A stretch of 64,000 nt of DNA from Psammoneis japonica (taxonomy: Eukaryota): assembly GCA_008632985.1 (NCBI GenBank), contig QPGO01000011.1, positions 434,001 to 498,000 on the forward strand. The letters are read 5' to 3'. The position numbers were made by a program, and so were the translations under genes. Every line of letters begins with the position of its first letter. Positions within the stretch are counted from its first letter, which is position 1. This document shows positions 12,194-23,225 of the stretch, one piece after another. The notes under the pieces are model-generated. The model was given only the letters and a program-made list of their open reading frames with translations, did not search any database and was not told the origin of the DNA.

Positions 12194-14977
12194 TTGTTTG
12201 CGTTAAAGCAATTCTTGGCTCCAAATGCAGCGGTTGCGAAGATCGTCAGGTATGAAACGCATTCTCTGCTTTGGAAGAAGTTGCGGTGCAAGGGCGTTTC
12301 GCAATGCATGAGTTCTTTTTTTGTCACGCAAGTGAAGATCACTGCAAGGGTTCGTCCACTTTCCAATTTCGCACATGCCTCACATTCTCCACCTCTCCCG
12401 CTTCCAACACAGCAAAGGCATTGCTCCAAGAACTGTCGACAACTTGGACACGGTAAGAAGAAGGGCGTTAAAAAAGGAAAGTTTACGAATGTAGCGAGGA
12501 AACGAGGGAAAAGGAGTGAAACGCCATCCGCAGCCCCCTCGAGTTCTCCAAGCGGCAAGCCGTCCCAAGAACCGTCCAGTGTGCCATCCAGGTCACCCAG
12601 TTCCGCTCCAAGTGGTGCTCCCAGCATTTCTCCAAGTGAGAGCCCGTCGGCAGCACCCTCTAGCATGCCCAGTGAATCGCCTTCCGAATCGCCAAGCGCT
12701 GCACCGAGTGATTCTCCGAGTGAAACCCCGTCAGACATTCCTTCAAACATGCCAAGCGTGTCGCCGTCCCAAAAACCAAGCAATGCCCCGAGTGGCGCTC
12801 CTGGCAGCGCTCCAAGCGACGCCCCGTCGGGTGTACCTTCGAAAACACCGAGTGGATCGCCAAGCTGTGCGCCGAGTAGAACTCCAAGTGAAACTCCGTC
12901 GGATGCACCTTCAAACATGCCAAGCAAATCGCCGTCCCAAACACCAAGCAATGCGCCAAGCAGTGCACCAAGTAAACGCCCAAGTGAAACACCATCGGAA
13001 TTTCCTTCAGGCATGCCGAGTGCATCGCCGTCCCAAAAACCAAGCATTCTCCCGAGTGGTGCTCCCAGTGGCGCTCCAAGTGAAACCCCGTCGAACGCAC
13101 CTTCAAACATTCCGAGTGCGTCACCGTCCCAAATGCCAAGTGATGCCCCGAGCAGTGCTCCCAGTGAGTTTCCGAGTGAAAATCCATCGGAGTTACCTTC
13201 CAGCGTGCCGAGTAGATTGCCAAGCTCTGTTCCTGGCACTGCTCCAAGTGGAACCCCGTCGGATGTACCTGCCATCAAAACAAGTTCATCGCCATCCGAA
13301 ACACCAAACAGCTCCCCAACGCCGCCTTCTTCACCGGCAGGTCCCACAGTTCCTTCGACTCCACCATCAGATGCTCCTTCATCAGGCCCGGTGGCTGGCC
13401 CAACACCTCCTCCATCGAGTTCGCCATCCGGTGCACCATCATCAGGCCCGGTGGCTGGCCCCACACCCCCTCCAACAGCGACACCATCGGGTGCGCCTTC
13501 ATCAGGCCCGGTGGCTGGCCCCACACCTCCTCCATCGAGTTCGCCATCCGGTGCACCATCATCAGGCCCGGTGGCTAGTCCCACACCCCCTCCCACAGCG
13601 ACACCATCGGATGCTCCTTCATCAGGCCCGGTGGCTGGCCCAACACCTCCTCCATCGAGTTCGCCATCCGGTGCACCATCATCAGGCCCGGTGGCTGGCC
13701 CGACATCCCCTCCAACAGCGACACCATCGGATGCTCCTTCATCAGGCCCGGTGGCTGGCCCAACACCTCCTCCATCGAGTTCGCCATCCAGTGCACCATC
13801 ATCAGGCCCGGTGGCTGGTCCCACACCCCCTCCCACAGTGACACCATCGGATGCGCCTTCATCAGGCCCGATGGCTGGCCCCACACCTCCTCCATCGAGT
13901 TCGCCATCCGGTGCACCATCATCAGGCCCGGTGGCTAGTCCCACACCCCCTCCAACAGCGACACCATCGGATGCTCCTTCATCAGGCCCGGTGGCTGGCC
14001 CAACACCTCCTCCATCGAGTTCGCCATCCAGTGCACCATCATCAGGCCCGGTGGCTAGTCCCACACCCCCTCCAACAGCGACACCATCGGATGCTCCTTC
14101 ATCAGGCCCGGTGGCTGGCCCAACACCTCCTCCATCGAGTTCGCCATCTGGTGCACCATCATCAGGCCCGGTGGCTGGCCCGACATCCCCTCCAACAGCG
14201 ACACCATCGGATGCTCCTTCATCAGGCCCGGTGGCTGGCCCAACACCTCCTCCATCGAGTTCGCCATCCAGTGCACCATCATCAGGCCCGGTGGCTAGTC
14301 CCACACCCCCTCCCACAGCGACACCATCGGGTGCACCTTCATCAGGCCCGGTGGCTGGCCCCACAGCTCCTCCATCGAGTTCGCCATCCGGTGCACCATC
14401 ATCAGGCCCGGTGGCTAGTCCCTCACCCCCTCCAACAGCGACACCATCGGATGCTCCTTCATCAGGCCCGGTGGCTGGCCCAACACCTCCTCCATCGAGT
14501 TCGCCATCCAGTGCACCATCATCAGGCCCGGTGGCTAGTCCCACACCCCCTCCCACAGCGACACCATCGGATGCGCCTTCATCAGGCCCGGTGGCTGGCC
14601 CCACACCTCCTCCATCGAGTTCACCATCTGGTGCACCATCATCAGGCCCGGTGGCTAGTCCCACAGCGACACCATCGGACACCCCTTCATCAGGCCCGGT
14701 GGCTGGCCCCACACCTCCTCCATCGAGTTCGCCATCCGGTGCACCATCATCAGGCCCGGTGGCTGGCCCCACACCTCCTCCATCGACTTCACCATCCTCT
14801 GGTCCAACAGAGCCATCAACAGCACCTGACAGTGTTCCGTCAACATCTCCACCCGGCTCTCCGTCCTCGGGTCCTGCAGCTCCGTCAATGGGCCCCGCAG
14901 CACCGACGTTTCCAACAGTCTCGGGTCCGACAGCTCCGTCAGCACCCGCACCCCCCACCGACTCAAATCTTCCGTAG
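12194..14977 (+). CDS. Pro/Ser/Thr-rich repetitive mucin-like extracellular protein; true 5' end and possible intron unresolved
   Basis: Long open frame: Lys-rich stretch, PSxx tetrapeptide repeats, then 20-aa repeats; possible intron GTATG at ~12250 to CAG at ~12413. Confidence 0.65.
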   Translation: MFALKQFLAPNAAVAKIVRYETHSLLWKKLRCKGVSQCMSSFFVTQVKITARVRPLSNFAHASHSPPLPLPTQQRHCSKNCRQLGHGKKKGVKKGKFTNVARKRGKRSETPSAAPSSSPSGKPSQEPSSVPSRSPSSAPSGAPSISPSESPSAAPSSMPSESPSESPSAAPSDSPSETPSDIPSNMPSVSPSQKPSNAPSGAPGSAPSDAPSGVPSKTPSGSPSCAPSRTPSETPSDAPSNMPSKSPSQTPSNAPSSAPSKRPSETPSEFPSGMPSASPSQKPSILPSGAPSGAPSETPSNAPSNIPSASPSQMPSDAPSSAPSEFPSENPSELPSSVPSRLPSSVPGTAPSGTPSDVPAIKTSSSPSETPNSSPTPPSSPAGPTVPSTPPSDAPSSGPVAGPTPPPSSSPSGAPSSGPVAGPTPPPTATPSGAPSSGPVAGPTPPPSSSPSGAPSSGPVASPTPPPTATPSDAPSSGPVAGPTPPPSSSPSGAPSSGPVAGPTSPPTATPSDAPSSGPVAGPTPPPSSSPSSAPSSGPVAGPTPPPTVTPSDAPSSGPMAGPTPPPSSSPSGAPSSGPVASPTPPPTATPSDAPSSGPVAGPTPPPSSSPSSAPSSGPVASPTPPPTATPSDAPSSGPVAGPTPPPSSSPSGAPSSGPVAGPTSPPTATPSDAPSSGPVAGPTPPPSSSPSSAPSSGPVASPTPPPTATPSGAPSSGPVAGPTAPPSSSPSGAPSSGPVASPSPPPTATPSDAPSSGPVAGPTPPPSSSPSSAPSSGPVASPTPPPTATPSDAPSSGPVAGPTPPPSSSPSGAPSSGPVASPTATPSDTPSSGPVAGPTPPPSSSPSGAPSSGPVAGPTPPPSTSPSSGPTEPSTAPDSVPSTSPPGSPSSGPAAPSMGPAAPTFPTVSGPTAPSAPAPPTDSNLP
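13371..14790 (+). repeat. Coding minisatellite, ~23 units of 60 bp arranged as alternating A/B (120-bp higher-order unit)
   Basis: Consecutive 60-nt rows begin atcaggcccg; rows alternate between ...tcgagttcgccatc... and ...acagcgacaccatcgg...; 12-bp deletion near 14660. Confidence 0.97.
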
Positions 14978-15232
14978 AAAGTGATTGTGAAGCCCGTGTG
15001 CGTTGTATCTTGAACGACACTGCGCACTTCAGCAATTCAGCGTCTTTGCAATACCTAAATCTTCCGTAGGTGAGGCTGCGTGCGTTGTACCTTAGACGAT
15101 ACTGCGCACTTAAACAATTCATCGTCTTTGCACGGCATTGGAAATGGGTGGGGAAACAATAGAAAATGATCGGTGACTGAGAAGTACAGCAGTGCACTAA
15201 ACAGAAACGACTAGGCGTATAAAACATGTTTA

Positions 15233-16312
15233 TTATTTCTTCGTAGGAGGTGTGTATTCCCCTCTCAGGGTTCTCTCTTTCAGTTCAGGGTCAAGCTTCC
15301 AGGCGTTGCTCTCAACACCGTTCATATTGTATACAAAGTGCTCCATTCTACGAAATGCGCCTGTTTGATCCAAGACGTCATTGCACGCCCCGCTGACAAT
15401 GCAATAGTTCCCATCGTAGGGTGCCTTGTGGTGCAATGCATGAGGTTTCCGTCCAATTATAACGCCCGCGTCTTGAAGCCAATTTACCCATTGCGGCACC
15501 TCACTCTTGGTCATGTGCGACCACTTGTGAAATTCCTGAGAAAGAATTTCCAGAGAGCAAAACACGGCCAAGAAGAAAGTAACTGTTGGTCCGCTAAGAA
15601 AAGAAATGAGAGCCATTGTGGGTACGCCGAAGGGGACGCACAGTTTGTACACGTTATTGCAAAACTCGCGTTCTGTAATTGTCCATGGAGCCGAGTGATG
15701 ACCTTGAAATGCAGCAATGATATTTCCCATGATTGGAGTACGGCCATTGCCGTAGTTGTCGACCGACCAATGCAACACACCCGAGCCAAAATCTGCAAGC
15801 AACCAACTTGATACGGCAAGCGCTAATGCCTGAGTGCTTGTCGTTGCCAGGTCGCCACCATTGCTTGAGTACAATTCCTGCAATGCAGCTGCAGCTATGG
15901 CCCCGTTTCCCAAGAATGTTCCAAGCACCATGGCAACTTGATAAGGTTGTGTCTCCAGCGTGTCTCCCTCGACGACAACTGAAGCTACCTTTCCCTTTGG
16001 CCGTTCGATACCAGATCCCTCTAATCCAAAAACGAATCCATCGTCAAGATACGTTTTCGATTGTGTCTCGGGAACTGATACATCTTGTTCTGACATGACG
16101 CTTACAGCATTCAGTGATGTAGAGGACTGGGAGTTTAGAGCCTTCGCGTTGCTATTCAATCTTGGCTCGTTGGCATTCATTGAAAGGCGACTCTTGCTTG
16201 TGATTCGCTTCGATGATGAAAAGCTGACTCGTCGTTGTGTGGAAGCTGTAAAACTTTCGACATTACATGAAAGCAACAGCAATACGGAGCAAGCGAGAGA
16301 AGGAATCTTCAT
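15233..16312 (-). CDS. FAD4: Plastid-targeted FAD4/TMEM189(CarF)-family lipid desaturase
   Basis: ADFGSGVLHWSVDNYG, FQGHH, SQEFHKWSH, HALHH, YCIVSG motifs; signal peptide ending VES-F plus transit-like peptide. Confidence 0.85.
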   Translation of the reverse strand: MKIPSLACSVLLLLSCNVESFTASTQRRVSFSSSKRITSKSRLSMNANEPRLNSNAKALNSQSSTSLNAVSVMSEQDVSVPETQSKTYLDDGFVFGLEGSGIERPKGKVASVVVEGDTLETQPYQVAMVLGTFLGNGAIAAAALQELYSSNGGDLATTSTQALALAVSSWLLADFGSGVLHWSVDNYGNGRTPIMGNIIAAFQGHHSAPWTITEREFCNNVYKLCVPFGVPTMALISFLSGPTVTFFLAVFCSLEILSQEFHKWSHMTKSEVPQWVNWLQDAGVIIGRKPHALHHKAPYDGNYCIVSGACNDVLDQTGAFRRMEHFVYNMNGVESNAWKLDPELKERTLRGEYTPPTKK

Positions 16313-17326
16313 GGTTCTTGAATGAGGTGTGGAGTAGTGAGTGAAGGGAAGAAAAAATGAAACGCGTTGCAAGAAAGACCTCACAAAGAATTTATGTGTA
16401 AATATGCTTCCAAAACAAAATGAACAAGAGTGAATATCACCACGTGTGAATGAAGTGGTGTGAACGTAGTGGCGAGTACAAAACATCATCGACCGCAAAA
16501 CAACAAAGAAATGTGAGTCATCCGCATCAACTCGAAATTTGAAAACGACGTGGCGAATTCCATAAGTAATTTGCCTTCGGATTACGTCATTCACGCTGAG
16601 ATGTATTCAAAAACATATGTTCATAAGGATTTATAATAAAGCCACGTGTGTCCGTCACTGGCGACACGCCGAAGCAAAGCTTGCTACTGCCCTCACAAAT
16701 TCGCGGCACTCCGCACGAGCCAAAAAAAATGATGGGACGCTGTGGAATGAACTTGCCGAAAAGATCAAGATGATGAAACGAAACGATAGGTGCACGTGTG
16801 TCGATGATGTAGGTCTCCAATGCAGGAGGTGACATCATGTGATTCACTCGCTTCCTATCATGCTTTGAAGCGGGCTGAAACCCTTCATTGCTTTACAGGG
16901 GTATTTTGAGAGAGCTTGTTCGAACTTCGGTTCTGTGCGGCATGGATTAAACTATTCGGTTTTCTGCGAGCGAACTGTGTAAAGACAAATATTAATAACT
17001 TATACGAAAACGATCAACCTACTATATGATGCAGCTAGCATAAGTTAATCCAGCGCTCGTCACCAAACCAGTTGTTGTATTCTAACAAACCAAATTGCAG
17101 TAGCAAGATTGAATAGTAATAAAACGACATGATATTCACTATTCTAAGGCTCGAAACAGTGATTGTAAACATGTACAATGCTAAATAAGTTACTGGGAAT
17201 ACTGAAAGACACAACAAATCTACTTTTTCTCGTTCATCACGACGCTTCGACTTGACGAACCGTGTGGAACGATGAATTGTGTACAATCCCAACTAGGATA
17301 CCTGGAATGGAACGCGCTCCAATCCT

Positions 17327-18223
17327 TTAGATGTTTTCCTTGTCCAAGTCGTCAAAGTATGGGTGGTTCAACGAGTCCTTGGCCGTGATGCGCTCGTTGG
17401 GGTTGTACGCGAGGAACTTCTCCAACAAGGCGAGCCCAAGGCTATCCAGATTGTCTGTTACCGAGGGAGAAAACTGTGACTTGTACCAACGAGGAAAGGC
17501 AGAGTTCCAATCGGGTAGCTGCGTGACACCGGGCCAGACTTGTTCATTCGGCGTGCCGAGCTGACGAAAGATTTTGTAGAGCTGATCAATTTCTGAATCA
17601 CCAGGGAACAGAGCACGCTTGGTGACCATTTCGACAAAGATGGTGCCGAGAGCCCAAACGTCAGCGGGTGGAGCATAAGTCTGTGATCCAAGAAGAATTT
17701 CAGGAGGGCGATACCACAACGTAACCACCTCGTGGGTAAGCGGACGGATCGGCGGGCAGAAAGCACGAGCCAGTCCAAAATCAGCCAGCTTCAACCTTCC
17801 ATCCCTGGAAACGAGCAGATTCTGCGGTTTGAGATCCCGATGCATGACACCGCGTGCGTGACAAAAGGCGAGACCCCGGCAGCACTGGAACAGGTACGAC
17901 TTGACGAGAATGGGCTGAAGCTGATCATTGCAAGACTCCATGTACTTTTTCAAATCACGGTCGAGAAACTCAAACACGAGGTACAGCTTTCCGTCAGATT
18001 GCACGCAATCCTTAAGCTCGACGATATTCTCGTGGCTAAGCTCTCTCAAGAGACTAATTTCACGCAAAGCCGTCGGCGGAATGCCCTCATCTTCCACTTC
18101 GAGTCGGATCCTCTTGAGAGCAACAATCTCATCCGTCTGACGATCGCGGGCTTTGTACACGACGCCATAAGTACCCTCGCCGAGGTTAGAACCGGGCTTT
18201 TCAATCTTCTGATACCTGTACAT
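17327..18223 (-). CDS. CDKA2: Cyclin-dependent kinase, diatom CDKA2/CDKB-like, PPTALRE motif
   Basis: [42 protein letters not shown]; a short upstream exon cannot be excluded. Confidence 0.9.
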   Translation of the reverse strand: MYRYQKIEKPGSNLGEGTYGVVYKARDRQTDEIVALKRIRLEVEDEGIPPTALREISLLRELSHENIVELKDCVQSDGKLYLVFEFLDRDLKKYMESCNDQLQPILVKSYLFQCCRGLAFCHARGVMHRDLKPQNLLVSRDGRLKLADFGLARAFCPPIRPLTHEVVTLWYRPPEILLGSQTYAPPADVWALGTIFVEMVTKRALFPGDSEIDQLYKIFRQLGTPNEQVWPGVTQLPDWNSAFPRWYKSQFSPSVTDNLDSLGLALLEKFLAYNPNERITAKDSLNHPYFDDLDKENI

Positions 18224-18372
18224 GCCGAGAGTCGATAGAAGTTAGAGGGGTTGTGAATAGAGAGTTGTTTTTGCCATTGGCTTGTCCGCTGATATTGCAA
18301 AAAATTGGGAAACGGATAGGGCAGGCTAGCTACAGGCTTCTCAGTACATTTCTACGGCGAACGTTATTTTCA

Positions 18373-18388
18373 TTCAAATTCCCGCGAA
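18373..18388 (-). promoter_or_regulatory. Candidate E2F-like + CHR composite element upstream of the CDK
   Basis: Minus strand reads TTCGCGGGAA-TTTGAA about 150 bp upstream of the ORF start. Confidence 0.4.
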
Positions 18389-18923
18389 CACCAAACGGGA
18401 TTTTTACACGTCCGTGAAAGACATACCGAGCTCTACGATGAGCCTTTGGACAATGCTGTCAGAGACTCCGTCGTCTCGTTCTGCCCCGTTATCTCACCAA
18501 AAAACAGCACAACAACCAAAGTCTCGTAAATTAGACAATAGCACATCCGATTCGATGGTGCTTACCTTTCCATCGTGAAGGCTTGGGTCTTGAAAACGAA
18601 CGACAACAACACAACAAATTGTTGACGCTGTTGATGTGCAAAGAGTGAAAATGGCGGTGCCGACAATCTCGGCGCGTCTGTACGTATGTAGAATCGTACA
18701 GGTTCAGTAACACAACGGAATCTCCTTTGTATTCTACCTGCATTATAGATATGTAGGTCTACAGGTTTTTATTCTCATGAATATTTAAGGATATTAAAGT
18801 CTTTATATGATTAATGCCATCTAAGATCCCCGGCTCATTTTTTCGCTCCCGATGCGAAGCAACTTCAACAACAGCCACACAGAACCAACCGATCGGCTTA
18901 TTGAATCAATCTCTGATGAAGAA

Positions 18924-21146
18924 ATGATACGCCAAGGATGCAGACTGTCGACGAGAGCTATCGGTAGCGGGAAATGGACAGTTGGACCGTCATGTTGTTT
19001 GATCCTTCAAAAATCAGAGACATGGCTACAACAACAAGAACGTAGGTGCTGTGCGATATTCCCGTCAAGAAAATCACCTGCCACAAGGCTGTTTCAACGT
19101 AATTCAGTTGCACCAAGAGGAGGTCTTTTCTCAATTGATGGGTTACACAAGCCATCCGACTTTGTGGCTCTGGCAACAGATGCTAAATCGGTATGTGACG
19201 GGCTGCGTTCCTCCTTGACGAGTTTGGAGGCCATTACGTCTAAAGAACACGCGTCTGAAACTTTAAAGAGACTGGACAATGTCAGCAAGACTGTATGCAA
19301 TGTCATTGATGCGGCCGAATTATGTCGATCCGTCCATTCTTCTGTAGCATGGCGGGAAGCGTCGTCCAAGGCTTTTGCAATCATGAGTGATTACATTGCA
19401 TTGTTAAACTCCGACACACATTTGTACCGTGCGTTATCCATGGTTACAAATTCGGATTACTTTCCCCAGTTATCTCAAGAAGAGCAACGATTTGCAATTC
19501 TACTAAAGGCGGAATTTGAACGTGATGGAATACACTTGCCGGATGAAGAACGAAACAAAGTACGAACATTGCAAAACCATGTAACTCAATTGGAAACGCT
19601 CTTTACCGACAACATTACGCATTCAAGAAAATACTTTGATGTGGACGCTGCATGGGTTGAAGAAATTATACCGCGGCACATTTTGGAAGCGCACGTTCCA
19701 CAATCAAACAAGGAAAGGGGCAAACTCACTCTATCTACGGATGCTCACATTGCCAACACTTTGACCAAGTTTTCTTCCAATCCCGCCTTGCGAAAGGAAG
19801 TTTACATGGAATCTCATACAGCTTGTCCTGAAAATCTAGCCGTTTTGGATTCCTTAATTCAACGACGACACGAGGTTGCAACGCAACAGGGTTTCGAGTC
19901 GTATGCAGATCGATTCTTGAGAGATAAAATGGCCAAGGACCAACAAAACGTGTTTGACTTTTTGAACACGCTGCGTCAAAAGATTGACGCCCGTGGAACC
20001 TACCGTCGTGACATGGAAGCGTTGTCACGAGCCAAGCAGAAAATTGAAGGGAATGGCGAAATTGAAGCGTGGGATATACCTTTCTACACTAGTGTCATTA
20101 AGGCGCGCGATGGTTTTGATGCCAGTGAGGTGTCATCGTATCTGACACTTGGCAATTGCGTTGAGGCCATGACTACTCTGGTCGATCGCTTGTTTGGAAT
20201 ATCAATGAAAGAAGATAGTATGGACGATGAGGAGAAATGGGATGTCGGAGATGATGGCAGTCATCTTGGTGGTAAGGTTCGCAAGTTTGTCTTTCATGAC
20301 GAGAACCGTCGACCGTTGGGTACAATGTATTTGGATCTTCACCCACGAGAAGGCAAGTACGGGCACGCAGCACACTTTACTGTTCGATGTGGCTGCGTTA
20401 TTGGAGGAGGACCGAGTGAGCGACGCGGAGATGAGGAGTACCAGCTACCTATTGTTGCTCTTGTATGCAACATGTCGTCTCCTTCATCAAGCTCAATTCT
20501 AAGTCATTCTGAGGTCGAAACACTGTTCCATGAGTTTGGCCATGCATTACATTCCCTGCTGTCACGGACAACCTTCCAGCACCTATCTGGCACTCGTGGT
20601 GCCATGGACTTTGTCGAAACGCCATCGCACCTGTTCGAACAATACGCATGGGACCCAACGTTTCTCAAGGTTTTTGCAAGACACCATCACAGTGGTGAGC
20701 CAATACCGGACGACTTGATACACAAATTGGTTCAATCTAGGAACGAGTTTCGTTCCATTGATATACAAAATCAAATATTGTATGCACTTTTCGACCAGAC
20801 CATATTTGGAATACCGGACCCTTCCCAGCCAAGTACTACGCAAGTCTTTGCAAAGTATCACAAAGATCTTGGTGTCCCATACGCGGAAGGCACTCACTGG
20901 CATTCACGCTTTGGGCATTTGGTCACGTATGGTGCTGGATACTATGGATATCTCTATGCTCAGGTGTTTGCAGGTGATATATGGAACAAATGCCTTGCTC
21001 AGAACCCATTGTCAAGAACGTCAGGGAAAGAAATATGGCAAAACATGCTTGTTCACGGTGGAGCTAAAGATCCAAATGAGATGCTTGCAACAATTCTGAA
21101 GAGAGAACCCAGCGTCGACTCCTTTTTGAAAAGCTTAGAGATATAA
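18924..21146 (+). CDS. MIPEP: Mitochondrial intermediate peptidase (M3A, MIP/Oct1)
   Basis: CNVIDAAELCR, EFERDGIHL, LFHEFGHALH, DFVETPSHLFE, FGHLVTYGAGYYGYLY; N-terminal presequence. Confidence 0.9.
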   Translation: MIRQGCRLSTRAIGSGKWTVGPSCCLILQKSETWLQQQERRCCAIFPSRKSPATRLFQRNSVAPRGGLFSIDGLHKPSDFVALATDAKSVCDGLRSSLTSLEAITSKEHASETLKRLDNVSKTVCNVIDAAELCRSVHSSVAWREASSKAFAIMSDYIALLNSDTHLYRALSMVTNSDYFPQLSQEEQRFAILLKAEFERDGIHLPDEERNKVRTLQNHVTQLETLFTDNITHSRKYFDVDAAWVEEIIPRHILEAHVPQSNKERGKLTLSTDAHIANTLTKFSSNPALRKEVYMESHTACPENLAVLDSLIQRRHEVATQQGFESYADRFLRDKMAKDQQNVFDFLNTLRQKIDARGTYRRDMEALSRAKQKIEGNGEIEAWDIPFYTSVIKARDGFDASEVSSYLTLGNCVEAMTTLVDRLFGISMKEDSMDDEEKWDVGDDGSHLGGKVRKFVFHDENRRPLGTMYLDLHPREGKYGHAAHFTVRCGCVIGGGPSERRGDEEYQLPIVALVCNMSSPSSSSILSHSEVETLFHEFGHALHSLLSRTTFQHLSGTRGAMDFVETPSHLFEQYAWDPTFLKVFARHHHSGEPIPDDLIHKLVQSRNEFRSIDIQNQILYALFDQTIFGIPDPSQPSTTQVFAKYHKDLGVPYAEGTHWHSRFGHLVTYGAGYYGYLYAQVFAGDIWNKCLAQNPLSRTSGKEIWQNMLVHGGAKDPNEMLATILKREPSVDSFLKSLEI

Positions 21147-21396
21147 TGTTTAATCAGACAGATACCCCAATCCATAATTGCTCTCTATAATTATAGACTC
21201 CCACAATTCAAAATGTCGATCTACAAATTGGCTTGTACTCTCGTTTTTGAAATCGCTTTCCCGTTGCACTCGAGTCGTGATTTCCCCATCAGCGACCCGT
21301 GATGCTTTGTAATCCATGAAGTTTCCCCTGTACCTACTTCTACTTACAGCAGCCTTTGCCTTCAAAAGTGTAGGAAGTTGGCTTGCTGCAGCTCGC

Positions 21397-21468
21397 TCTG
21401 TCAACTCGAACGCCCACCTCGGAGCAATGGAATCTGTCAACTCGAACGCCCACCTCGGAGCAATGGAA
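21397..21468. repeat. Exact 36-bp tandem duplication covering the DUF6824 gene stop codon
   Basis: tctgtcaactcgaacgcccacctcggagcaatggaa occurs twice in tandem. Confidence 0.95.
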
Positions 21469-22801
21469 GACCCTCTCGCACTGAATGCGAATTAAACGAA
21501 CAGGAATAGAGTGGGTGTGTGAGTATGGGCAGCAATGCAAAGTAAAACACATTACCACTAGAACACACAGAGCGCTACTTACTCAATTGACTAGTTTTCT
21601 CCTTTGCTTTCTCATCCCCAATCTCAAACCATAGGTCCAAGTCATTGTCTTTCTTTAGGAACCGCCCGTGATTCTTACGAATAGCTCCAACGATTCCATA
21701 CGTGATGGTTCCCTTGTCTTGCTTCTTTTTCGCCAACATGTAATCTCGACGGTAGTAGTCCGCTAAGCGGCGCCAAAACATGTTGCCCATGTGTTGATTA
21801 GTCATTCCACCACGACCACACAAAACATCGGAAGGAGTAATATCATCATCGTCAATTCCGTTACGTTTCTTTGTGTCTTCGACAACATATCGACAGTCGA
21901 CTCCAGAAACAACACTACCCAGCGTGGGATAAGGATCAAGAGCTGACGGAGGAGGCTGGGGCATGAAACTCGGAATAATGACTGGTTGGGGTAAATTGCG
22001 TCTCGGTTGACCAGGCGACCGTTGAGGAGGCGCCTGGCCCGATTGCTTGCCTTTTTCAACAGACTTCGTTGCATCTTTGTTTCCCTCTGAAGCAGATGAT
22101 TCGTTAGTAGAAGTGGTAGCCTGAGCAGCTTCAGCACTTGCGAGAGTTCCCGTCGCCGCGGCAGGCACGGAAGACTGACCTGCTTCCAACGGCATATTCT
22201 TGATACAACTCATGTAAGCCAGTCGATTTCGACGGCTATTAGAGCCAGCAACTAAATGAGGAGGTGGCAAGCATTTTGGTATCTGCACGGGCGGTGCGGT
22301 AGGCTGAAACTGAGCTGGAGGAGATGGCTGTCTAAGGGGTGGCTGTCTAGGAGGAGGCTGTCTAGGAGGCGGCTGACGCGGAGGTGGGATCATAGGCGGC
22401 CCTACGAGTGCTAGGGGAAGCATCGGAATCATTGGAATTGGAGGAAACGGATAGCCCATCGGTACGTTCGCTCTCGATCCAAAGACTTGGTTGTTTGATC
22501 CGACGAGTGGTGCTCTTATAGCTTCTCGAGGAACTGGACGACTTCTATCAGGACGAGGAACAACATCAGGCCGATTGATAGTCGCAGATACATCTGAAGG
22601 GGCGTCATCAAATTGTCCTTCTACCTCGGAGGGAGCATCGTCAAACTGGCCGCTGTCTTGATCATCTCGCTTTCGTTTGCCACACAACGGCATAACTCGT
22701 CTTGATCTTGCTCGTGCTCGAACAACGTTGCTCGATGGTGAGACTCTCCGCCGGCTTTGAAAATACGGTGATACCTTACGGGGACCAGTCAAGAGCACCA
22801 T
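21437..22801 (-). CDS. Pro-rich protein with C-terminal diatom DUF6824 domain, 2 exons (last exon 21480-21437)
   Basis: DVLCGRGG..NQHMGN..GRFLK..WFEIGDEKAKEKTSQ; GTAAGT donor and CAG acceptor restore SQLMRE. Confidence 0.8.
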
Positions 22802-23225
22802 GGTCGGTGTATGGCTGTGCCGAGAAGAGCAGCGGCGCAGTCGATGGATCGTCGCTCATTGTGAGAAAATTTCATTGTTGATGACAAAGCGTTCCATAAT
22901 TGAAATGCCTATCAGGCTCCCGCGCGGGAGTGAAACTTATGGGTGGCGCTTTTCCACCGATTCATTCACGGCGCGATGAAGATGCGCTTCGAAGTCATCT
23001 GCTCCTTCAAAACTACTCTATGATAGCTCTAGAGTAGAGGGTCTCTACTCGTAGCTAGAATACCATATCTGATGAGCCGAGCAAGCGATGAACTCCTCCC
23101 CCCGCCCTTTTGAGCTCTTGACAAGAAAGCTTTCGTAGAATATCAGTGGGTGATCTAAGTATGGTGGAATCATTGAAGATTGATCAAAGCTACTGTATAA
23201 GATAGCAAATTGATGGCGCCGATCT

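Noticed and set aside
13371..14790. CRISPR-like regular array
   Set aside because: No unique spacers; contiguous in-frame coding tandem repeat in a eukaryote; no cas genes
12025..15027. 1000-aa minus-strand Gly/Asp ORF and His/Arg-rich alternative frames
   Set aside because: Shadow frames of the Pro/Ser repeat gene
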